Below are positions 29,019-36,797 of a stretch of DNA of 64,000 nt, one piece after another (positions within the stretch are counted from its first letter, which is position 1; every line of letters begins with the position of its first letter). The notes below the pieces were generated by a model that was given only the letters and a program-made list of their open reading frames with translations, made no database searches and was not told the DNA's origin. The stretch is from IMG/VR virus record IMGVR_UViG_3300042465_006787; one strand, 5' to 3'. The stretch comes from an uncultured virus (IMG/VR IMGVR_UViG_3300042465_006787). Its lineage: Duplodnaviria; Heunggongvirae; Uroviricota; Caudoviricetes. Made by a program: the position numbers and the translations under genes.

Positions 29019-29693
29019 TTAAGTTAATCCGTATCTTGATTTTTGTGCATTATAATTATTTAAAACTTCATCCGCTGTAAAATCTCGGTCATATACTTTT
29101 ATTGAATAAACAGTCCCATTTAATCTCTCACCACCAACACCACCTGCACTAGTTGTGTCAGCACCGATTCTATAATTTGGTCCGGCAGTTAAACTTCCAG
29201 TTAGTGTTCCGGTACTAACAGCTACGCCATTTTTATACAAAACTGTGTATCCAAAACTTGTTCTGGTTACTGTCATGCAATATGTTCCAGCACCAAGTGG
29301 GTATCCGGGAAAATAAACCGCACCCCCAATATAAAATCCATATTCACCAGATATCCAAACATAACTTGATGATGAATATCCTGAACCATATGTTCCAAAT
29401 ATTTCACCACCCCCATTAGTTGCATTTATAGTATAAAAGCATTCAAATGTAAATGGGTTTGTGCCTAATAAAATGTCATTTCTATCTAACTCAACATAGT
29501 CATTTGATCCATCAAAAGTTAAACCACCACCTTTGGCAGTTGTGTAACCAACACCATTATATAGTGTACCAACACTATTACCTCTAATAGCTGTCCAAGA
29601 TGTCCCCGTACCAGGATATGACCTTGTGGTTCCAGCGTCTAAAGCAAATGTTAAACCTTCAGTAAATATTTTTGGTCCTCTATATAAACCCAT
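29019..29693 (-). CDS. LamG-domain virion protein
   Basis: GLTFALDAG..RSYPG.GT.W, FDGSNDYV, KVYDRDFTADEV. Confidence 0.8.
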   Translation of the reverse strand: MGLYRGPKIFTEGLTFALDAGTTRSYPGTGTSWTAIRGNSVGTLYNGVGYTTAKGGGLTFDGSNDYVELDRNDILLGTNPFTFECFYTINATNGGGEIFGTYGSGYSSSSYVWISGEYGFYIGGAVYFPGYPLGAGTYCMTVTRTSFGYTVLYKNGVAVSTGTLTGSLTAGPNYRIGADTTSAGGVGGERLNGTVYSIKVYDRDFTADEVLNNYNAQKSRYGLT

Positions 29694-29720
29694 AACTATA
29701 AATAGAATAAAATTGGTTAT

Positions 29721-30302
29721 TTAACCGATTAACATACCGCAGAATAAGTGATAATCAGTATATATTCTTCCAGAACCACCACTACCCCAATAAATTAAAT
29801 TACTGCAATAATCACCAACGTTTAGATACATTATACACGAGTTAACAACACCATCAACGTGATTTGCAACGGTGCCATGACCATATATTGTGTGACTACT
29901 TTGGCTAGCGTTCCAACTAGAAGAACCATTTCTGGAAAAATTATAATGTATGTAGTTCGATGTACTATTACTGTCATTATGGTAATAATCTGATGTGTAA
30001 AAAAGATAATATCCAGCAACTGGTGCGGTATATCTACCAGTACTATTACTAAAGCCGTATGAACCAGCGCCTTGTTGGTTATTTGTCCATGACATTGTTG
30101 AACCCATTTCCCTCCAACCATTTACACCACCAAAATCTGACGCATATCTCCAAGCACCTGCTGCACCTCTAGAATTAAACCAAGGTTGCCCAGATGATTT
30201 TAAATCCGTACCAATTGTTAAATTACCTGATACGTTTAATATCCCACCTGTTGGTGTGAATGTTGTTGCATTGTATGTTGTCCCGCCTACGTTTATTCCC
30301 AT
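29721..30302 (-). CDS. C1q/TNF-like domain virion protein
   Basis: STGRYTAPVAGYYLF, YLNVGDY, FCGMLIG. Confidence 0.75.
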   Translation of the reverse strand: MGINVGGTTYNATTFTPTGGILNVSGNLTIGTDLKSSGQPWFNSRGAAGAWRYASDFGGVNGWREMGSTMSWTNNQQGAGSYGFSNSTGRYTAPVAGYYLFYTSDYYHNDSNSTSNYIHYNFSRNGSSSWNASQSSHTIYGHGTVANHVDGVVNSCIMYLNVGDYCSNLIYWGSGGSGRIYTDYHLFCGMLIG

Positions 30303-30305
30303 AAT

Positions 30306-30878
30306 TTACATAATTAAATGCCCACAAAATAATGTATAATAACCATACATTTTACCACCACTACCAGCCCAATAGGGGCGTAAACTCACATAATCTCCTT
30401 GACTTAAACTAATGACACCTGATACATTAATACCATCTGCATAGTTAGCGACTTCTCCGTGTGCATAAATATTATATGGTGTGTTCCCAACATTCCAACT
30501 TGGTGATCCGTTTACACCAAAAAGCCAATGTATGTAATTTGCTGTAGCATTAGTATCATTATAATAATGTGTTGAAGCGTGAAAATAATATTTTCCAGTT
30601 ATTGGCGCGGTGTATCTACCAGTACTAGTGCTGAATCCATATGAACCCGCACCCTGTTGATTTACCACCCAACCCATTCCAGAACCTAATTCACCCCATC
30701 CAGCACCTGAAAAACTACTGTTATAAATAAAACCACCCGTTCCTCTTGCATTAAACGCTGGTTGACCGCTAATACTAACATTTCCAGTAATAGCAAGGTT
30801 TCCACTAACGCCAAGTGAATTACCTGATGCTGTGTAAGTTGATGATGTTAAAGTGCTACTACCAATATATGTTGCCAT
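30306..30878 (-). CDS. C1q/TNF-like domain virion protein
   Basis: STGRYTAPITGKYYF, LSQGDYV, FCGHLI. Confidence 0.75.
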   Translation of the reverse strand: MATYIGSSTLTSSTYTASGNSLGVSGNLAITGNVSISGQPAFNARGTGGFIYNSSFSGAGWGELGSGMGWVVNQQGAGSYGFSTSTGRYTAPITGKYYFHASTHYYNDTNATANYIHWLFGVNGSPSWNVGNTPYNIYAHGEVANYADGINVSGVISLSQGDYVSLRPYWAGSGGKMYGYYTLFCGHLIM

Positions 30879-31168
30879 TATACGAAAGGATCTGGTATTA
30901 TATTTGTTATTCCATAAATGTCTGGTGTTGGGTCAGATGCTCTTTCAGCCGCACTTCTAATATTAGCAGCTAAAACAATTTCTTCTTTAGTTCCAGTTAT
31001 AGATTCACCCGCAGCAATCTTTCTTTCAACCTCTAATTGGAAGATTTCTTGAATTGCGTTTTCACATCTTGCTTTAACAGCATTTTCCATCCAATCTTGT
31101 TGTGATAATGCGACGTATCCTAATGCCTTGTCTTCCGCATCTGATAGTGTAATTGTGTATGTTACCAT
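30878..31168 (-). CDS. Hypothetical protein associated with the C1q-like genes
   Basis: Co-oriented ORF with an upstream TATTTAT motif. Confidence 0.6.
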   Translation of the reverse strand: MVTYTITLSDAEDKALGYVALSQQDWMENAVKARCENAIQEIFQLEVERKIAAGESITGTKEEIVLAANIRSAAERASDPTPDIYGITNIIPDPFV

Positions 31169-31196
31169 GTTTTACTTTTTATAAATATAAATATTA

Positions 31197-31829
31197 TTAA
31201 CCAACTAGTGCACCAAAAAACGTAGTATATTGTGGATATACTCTTGTAGTATTTGCGTTTATGTACATATGAACTTCAACGTAATCACCAACAGCCAATT
31301 GCATTACTCCACAAGCTGTCGCCCCATCGGCATAACCACTACTAGCTCCCGAATTTCCACCAGCCGCTCCGTACATATAAATTGTGTATGGGCAATAGCT
31401 ATTATTCCAATCTCTTGACCCGTTTTTAGCAAATTGCAAGTGAATATAACCCGAACCAGTGTTATAAGGTGATGCTAAATCATTTAACACATATGCACTT
31501 GTGTTAAAGACATACCAACCAGCAACTGAAGCAGTAAATCGACCCGTTGAAGTACTAAAATCACTACCTCGTTGTGCATCGGTTACCCAACCAATTTTTG
31601 AACCTGTAAATACTTGCCAAGCGCCAGCACCATCCCATCCACTATTGTTAGGATATTGCCAACCACTACTATAAGCACCACCAGAACTACCATTAGCACT
31701 AAATGCTTTTGTTGTTCCTTTTGTCACATAACCTGTTCCTGATAATTCAGTGCTTGATAATGTAAACAATCCACTTGTAGGAGTAATTGTTGAACTACTT
31801 AGGGTTGTACCACCAATGTTAAAAGCCAT
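31197..31829 (-). CDS. C1q/TNF-like domain virion protein
   Basis: STGRFTASVAGWYVF, LAVGDYVEV, FFGALVG. Confidence 0.75.
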   Translation of the reverse strand: MAFNIGGTTLSSSTITPTSGLFTLSSTELSGTGYVTKGTTKAFSANGSSGGAYSSGWQYPNNSGWDGAGAWQVFTGSKIGWVTDAQRGSDFSTSTGRFTASVAGWYVFNTSAYVLNDLASPYNTGSGYIHLQFAKNGSRDWNNSYCPYTIYMYGAAGGNSGASSGYADGATACGVMQLAVGDYVEVHMYINANTTRVYPQYTTFFGALVG

Positions 31830-31832
31830 ATA

Positions 31833-34800
31833 TTATTCTATTTCGGTTAAATTGATTTTGAACTTCTTACCATTCTTATTATTGACAATATACAGATTTT
31901 CTTCACCTTCTTGAATTGTCCAGTTACCTGTTGTTCCGTCAATATCATTTCCACCCTCTTTGCCTTCGTTACTTAAATGTAAGTCATTCGTATAAACGTT
32001 CGCCCATCTAAGTGCTGATGTACCTAAGTTATAGGTATTGTTAACTGATGGGAATATATGATATCCAAAACTAGTACCATTCGTTGTGTTAACATTTATA
32101 AATGGTATACCTGATATATCTGAAATAGAGAATATGTCACCTGTTAAATCATCTGTTACCGAGAATAACTGTCCACTAGAACCTTGAATGTCAACAATTG
32201 TTCCACCAGAACCATATACTTGTAATGGTAGTGTTGGTGTTGTGACGTCAGATTCACCATAACCGATTCTAACATTATTTGCCACTGTTAATCTACCGTC
32301 AGTAGTTAATGCCATAGCACCTTGTGCTGTTGAATGTCCTTCGTCACCCCACCAGAATCCTCTACCGCTGTCGTTATTAAATTGGAAGGTCATTCCCCAG
32401 TCATTTAAACCACCATAAGTGATTGCCGATTGCATACCAATAGCATAAGGACTTGCACCCGTTGAATAAACGTTATATTTGTTTCTACTTGATGACGCAT
32501 TTGTATTATACGTACCAGTAGCGGTAACGTTACTCGTTGATAATGTTGAACCATCAAATGTTAAATTTGATTCACCTTGAATTAGTCCGGCGGTTCCTGT
32601 TGCTGTTAAAACATAATCGTTTACATTACTATTAATTGTTGCAGCGCCTGATGAACCAGAACTTCCCGATGAACCTGATGAACCTGATGAACCTGATGAA
32701 CCTGATGAACCACTAGATCCAGACGTGCCAGAAGACCCACTAGAACCTGACGAACCAGAACTTCCTGAAGACCCACTAGAACCAGAACTTCCTGAACTTC
32801 CACTAGACCCCGATGTTCCACTAGATCCGCTTGAACCTGATGTTCCCGATGAACCAGAACTTCCTGAAGACCCACTAGATCCTGAAGTGCCAGAAGATCC
32901 GCTAGAGCCAGAAGTACCTGATGAACCAGAAGAACCAGAACTGCCTGATGTGCCGCTAGAACCACTAGAACCTGACGTCCCACTAGACCCGCTTGATCCC
33001 GAAGTGCCACTTGACCCAGAAGAACCTGACGTTCCACTTGACCCCGAACTACCAGAAGAACCTGACGTTCCACTTGACCCCGAACTACCAGAAGAACCTG
33101 ACGTTCCACTAGTACCTGATGACCCTGAACTACCCGATGTACCACTAGAGCCAGAAGAACCAGAGGTTCCGCTTGTTCCTGATGTTCCCGATGAGCCATT
33201 AGAACCTGAAGTTCCGCTTGACCCACTAGAACCTGATGTACCACTTGAACCCGATGTCCCACTAGACCCACTAGAACCTGAAGTTCCGCTTGACCCAGAG
33301 GAACCTGATGTTCCAGATGAACCCGCAGTTCCCGATGAACCGGATGTTCCAGACGTACCACTTGAACCTGATGTACCCGAAGTACCTGAAGTAGCAGCAG
33401 TATATGAAGTTCCGTTAATAAATAAATTTGAAGTTACTCTTAACGTACCTGTTATTTCTGTATTTGAATTTATTGATACTAAAGTACCCGTATCAGTTAT
33501 ATTTGAATCGTCAAGATGGTCACCACCTGCCGATTTTGCTATTTTACCACTTGTTAACGATAATTCAGACCCTAAAGACCCTGAACTACGTGGTCCAGAT
33601 AAAAACATACCCCCACCATAACCAGCATCACTTGAATTTTGATATATCCATCTGTTATTAACAGAATCCCAAAGAATTGATCCGGTGGCATTATTAATTG
33701 AACCAGAATCAAATACCTCTAAACCACCAAATCTGGCGCCTGGATTTGAAGTGTTAACCGTGATAATATTATCTGCAATTCTAAGTTGTGATGATGTTAC
33801 ATATAATATTGAAGAAGAACCTAATACTGTAAAGTCGTTTGTAACAATTAATGAACCTGATATAGTTTCATTGCCGACAACCGTTAGTAATGAGCCATCA
33901 AATCTTAGATTACTTTCAACTGTAGCATTTGGTGAGGAACCATTAAGTGTTAAGATACCGTTATCTTGTGTTCCAGTCATTGTTACAGTACCGCTAGATC
34001 CACTAGAGCCAGATGTACCACTGGTACCACTTGAACCCGAAGAACCTGATGTTCCACTAGATCCACTTGATCCCGATGTTCCACTAGATCCACTTGATCC
34101 CGATGTACCAGAAGTTCCACTTGTTCCAGAACTACCTGAAGAACCTGATGTTCCACTAGAACCTGAACTACCACTAGTACCACTAGAACCTGACGTTCCT
34201 GAGCTACCAGAAGACCCTGATGTACCACTAGAACCAGAAGACCCTGACGTACCTGAAGTGCCACTTGTTCCAGATGAACCTGAACTACCTGATGTGCCAC
34301 TAGAACCTGAAGACCCGGATGTGCCACTCGTCCCAGACGTACCACTTGACCCTGAACTACCACTTGTTCCAGAACTACCTGAAGAACCTGATGTTCCACT
34401 AGTACCAGCCGTTCCGCTAGACCCCGAACTTCCTGATGTTCCAGACGAACCTGAAGAACCTGAAGTTCCACTTGACCCCGAACTACCTGACGAACCTGAC
34501 GTGCCACTAGTACCAGATGTACCACTCGTTCCTGACGAACCAGAACTTCCTGAAGACCCACTCGTTCCCGATGTTCCACTTGAACCAGAAGACCCAGACG
34601 TACCTGAGCTTCCACTCGTCCCTGAAGAACCTGAACTTCCTGATGTTCCGCTTGAGCCACTAGAACCCGAAGTACCAGCAGTTCCTGAACTTCCAGATGT
34701 ACCTGACGTACCACTAGATCCGGCAGTTCCTGATGAACCACTAGTTCCAGACGTTCCAGAAGTACCTGATGTTCCGCTTGTTGCTGAAGTATAAGATGTT

Positions 34801-35027
34801 CCGTTAATGTTTAACGAACCACTAATAGATAATGAACCTGTAAATTCATGAAAATCGTCTGAAGTGTTACCAAATTTGGTTGAGCCACTTTCATAAAGTA
34901 CTGATGAACTAACAAGAGAGATGTTTACCAAATCCGCTGTTAATGTACCATGTACGATTAAATTATTTTCAATTTCCGCAGAGCCGGACACAATGAGTCC
35001 GTTCTTAATTTTAAATTCGTTTGCCAT
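31833..35027 (-). CDS. Fibre protein with two (Gly-Ser/Thr-Ser)n collagen-like tracts
   Basis: Gly at every third residue in two long tracts; C-terminal LRWANVYTNDLHLSNEG...WTIQEGEENL typical of phage fibre ends. Confidence 0.8.
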   Translation of the reverse strand: MANEFKIKNGLIVSGSAEIENNLIVHGTLTADLVNISLVSSSVLYESGSTKFGNTSDDFHEFTGSLSISGSLNINGTSYTSATSGTSGTSGTSGTSGSSGTAGSSGTSGTSGSSGTAGTSGSSGSSGTSGSSGSSGTSGSSGTSGSSGSSGTSGTSGSSGSSGSSGTSGTSGTSGTSGSSGSSGSSGTSGSSGSSGTSGSSGSSGTAGTSGTSGSSGSSGTSGSSGSSGTSGTSGTSGSSGSSGTSGSSGSSGTSGTSGTSGSSGSSGTSGSSGSSGTSGSSGTSGSSGSSGTSGSSGSSGTSGTSGTSGSSGSSGTSGSSGSSGTSGSSGSSGTSGTSGSSGSSGTVTMTGTQDNGILTLNGSSPNATVESNLRFDGSLLTVVGNETISGSLIVTNDFTVLGSSSILYVTSSQLRIADNIITVNTSNPGARFGGLEVFDSGSINNATGSILWDSVNNRWIYQNSSDAGYGGGMFLSGPRSSGSLGSELSLTSGKIAKSAGGDHLDDSNITDTGTLVSINSNTEITGTLRVTSNLFINGTSYTAATSGTSGTSGSSGTSGTSGSSGTAGSSGTSGSSGSSGTSGSSGSSGTSGSSGTSGSSGSSGTSGSNGSSGTSGTSGTSGSSGSSGTSGSSGSSGTSGTSGSSGSSGSSGTSGSSGSSGSSGTSGSSGSSGTSGSSGSSGTSGSSGSSGTSGSSGSSGSSGTSGSSGSSGTSGSSGSSGSSGSSGTSGSSGSSGTSGSSGSSGSSGSSGSSGSSGSSGSSGSSGTSGSSGSSGSSGSSGSSGSSGSSGSSGAATINSNVNDYVLTATGTAGLIQGESNLTFDGSTLSTSNVTATGTYNTNASSSRNKYNVYSTGASPYAIGMQSAITYGGLNDWGMTFQFNNDSGRGFWWGDEGHSTAQGAMALTTDGRLTVANNVRIGYGESDVTTPTLPLQVYGSGGTIVDIQGSSGQLFSVTDDLTGDIFSISDISGIPFINVNTTNGTSFGYHIFPSVNNTYNLGTSALRWANVYTNDLHLSNEGKEGGNDIDGTTGNWTIQEGEENLYIVNNKNGKKFKINLTEIE
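32646..33386 (-). repeat. 9-nt-period coding repeat, about 82 Gly-(Ser/Thr)-Ser triplets
   Basis: Read directly from the translation; synonymous codons are highly varied. Confidence 0.9.
33990..34775 (-). repeat. 9-nt-period coding repeat, about 87 Gly-(Ser/Thr)-Ser triplets
   Basis: Read directly from the translation. Confidence 0.9.
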
Positions 35028-35032
35028 AATCT

Positions 35033-35054
35033 ATTAGTTTCACTTTCCACTAAT
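35033..35054 (-). promoter_or_regulatory. Leader hairpin ATTAGT-GGAAAGTGAA-ACTAAT before the GSS fibre gene
   Basis: 6-bp inverted repeat between the TATTTAT motif (35064-35070) and the ATG (35027). Confidence 0.4.
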
Positions 35055-35110
35055 GTGTTACTAATAAATACTAATTTTAAACGAATTAAATGGGTATTAA
35101 ATAATTAATT

Positions 35111-36580
35111 TTAAGAGCACCCGCCAATCGCTCTATAAAATATTTCAACAACCCAAGTTCCAGTTGTGAAATTGGCTGTAACAGCCCCAGTATTGTTAAT
35201 TGTAAATGTAAATTCGCTAGTATCTCCAATATCCATTGTTGACGTTTCACTATATTTTACAGTGCTTCCATTCCATACACCCATAACATTACCTGCTCGC
35301 ATATTACCACTTTTTTTGATAACATAATCTATATTCACGCCATCAAATGTGCTTAAATTTAAAACAGTCGTTGTTGACGCTAAAGACACACAAGTTGTTC
35401 CTATTTTTGCGTTGTTAATGGTTAAGGTTCCATTAATTGTTTGATTAGCTGTAAATGTGTTTGAACCAGTAATTGCATAACCAAATTCAGTTATTTGTAA
35501 TGAACCACTAACGATTCCAGATTTCCAAGAAGGTACTGTCCCATTATTTGATAATACATAACCAGCATAACTCGCACTAATTTCCGGCAAACCACCACCA
35601 ACTGTTGCTGTAACCGTACCAGATTGTGCACTTGAGAATGTGATAATCATTTGGTTATTACTGTATGCCAATATATTGGTAGGAATAACCACATAACCTA
35701 AACTGTCATAAACAGTAACTTCTGGGTATTGTTCTCCTAAATTGTGGTTAAATGTCCAAGTTGTTGCAGGTGATGATTGTGTTAGTTTAGCTGTCCTACC
35801 TTCGGCACCACCTCCAGCATTTAACGCAAATGAAGCAGTTAAGGCATATGATGAACTTAACACGGTCATTGATCCTGTTTCACTTGTTAAAACTACACTT
35901 GATGTGAATAAATTTAAAGAATCAACGGAACCTGTTATAATATCTAATGTTGTGATGATAGATGATGATAAACTAGTAATTGAACCAGTTATAATATCAA
36001 TTCTATCATTTAGTGATGACGATAACGATGTCGCGCTAATGTTTAATTCTTTAATATAACCATTACCATTGGTATCACTAGTTGATGTTGTAATTTCAAT
36101 CCCACCTGCCGGAATAATTTCAAAAGCATCAGAACCTGTTGCTCTTAATATTGATGAACCAGACACAAATATGTCTTTGAAGTGTGAACCGATTGAAACG
36201 AATGCTGTGCCTGGATCTGTTTCTTCAACATTTAATCCAGTACTATCATCAAATTGTAACTTTGTAAATGTTTTATTTACTGTTGTTCCACTAATATCTG
36301 AACCAGATATATGAAATGGTACTGTTGTTAATCCGCTAGCATTACCAATAAATGAACCTGAAAAGTTTGACGCTGTTACAGCCCCAGTAAGATGTATTGA
36401 ACCTGTATTAACCGTGTTTGTTAAAATTAATTCCTCAACCGATGGCCCGAGAGAACCAGATTTAGCCATATAAACCTTACCGTCAGTAGTGTTTAATGCT
36501 AATTCTCCCAATTGTAAATTCGAGTTAGTGGGTTTTTGACCGGATACACTACTCCTACGCAGTTTTACTATTTGTGCCAT
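35111..36580 (-). CDS. Tail fibre-like protein with Mtd_N-like N-terminus
   Basis: KLRRS...P...LQLGELALNTTDGKVY; TWTFNHNLG..P.VTVYD module. Confidence 0.7.
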   Translation of the reverse strand: MAQIVKLRRSSVSGQKPTNSNLQLGELALNTTDGKVYMAKSGSLGPSVEELILTNTVNTGSIHLTGAVTASNFSGSFIGNASGLTTVPFHISGSDISGTTVNKTFTKLQFDDSTGLNVEETDPGTAFVSIGSHFKDIFVSGSSILRATGSDAFEIIPAGGIEITTSTSDTNGNGYIKELNISATSLSSSLNDRIDIITGSITSLSSSIITTLDIITGSVDSLNLFTSSVVLTSETGSMTVLSSSYALTASFALNAGGGAEGRTAKLTQSSPATTWTFNHNLGEQYPEVTVYDSLGYVVIPTNILAYSNNQMIITFSSAQSGTVTATVGGGLPEISASYAGYVLSNNGTVPSWKSGIVSGSLQITEFGYAITGSNTFTANQTINGTLTINNAKIGTTCVSLASTTTVLNLSTFDGVNIDYVIKKSGNMRAGNVMGVWNGSTVKYSETSTMDIGDTSEFTFTINNTGAVTANFTTGTWVVEIFYRAIGGCS

Positions 36581-36604
36581 ATATATGGTTCTCTCCTATG
36601 TTTT

Positions 36605-36642
36605 GTGGTATGTACCACGGTTAATTAGACCTATGTAGGTCT
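36605..36642 (-). promoter_or_regulatory. Two tandem leader hairpins with identical TACATA apex
   Basis: AGACC-TACATA-GGTCT (36642-36627) and GTGG-TACATA-CCAC (36618-36605), downstream of TATTTAT 36647-36653. Confidence 0.55.
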
Positions 36643-36744
36643 TCTTATAAATACATAAAAATTAGGATTAAATAAACGAAATCCAAGAAAAATTATCTTA
36701 CTTAGTTCATATTAAAAATGATTGAAGCTGAATAAACTATATAA

Positions 36745-36778
36745 ACAAAAAAAGGGAGAGTATTAAACTCTCCCTTTT
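36745..36778 (-). terminator. Intrinsic terminator after the 916-aa fibre gene
   Basis: AAAAGGGAGAGT / ACTCTCCCTTTT stem followed by a T-run on the minus strand. Confidence 0.8.
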
Positions 36779-36797
36779 GTATTATTGAAATTCTATG

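Noticed and set aside
300..31418. Numerous 60-120-aa plus-strand ORFs in the track (e.g. 300-572, 3078-3347, 15582-15941)
   Set aside because: Antisense to well-supported genes, mostly with non-ATG starts and no recognisable motifs.
32646..34775. Repetitive DNA that might be a CRISPR array or satellite
   Set aside because: 9-nt periodic, synonymously varied, in-frame coding repeat with no repeat-spacer structure; no cas operon seen.
32621..34794. Long alternative-frame and antisense ORFs (32621-33361, 32725-33621, 33685-34794, 33983-34741)
   Set aside because: Shadows of the GSS repeat, whose other frames lack stops; they have no independent starts or domains.
25924..36580. Diversity-generating retroelement acting on fibre genes (Mtd_N-like start at 36580)
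   Set aside because: No reverse transcriptase and no adenine-specific template/variable repeat pair seen; the paralogues differ at all base types.
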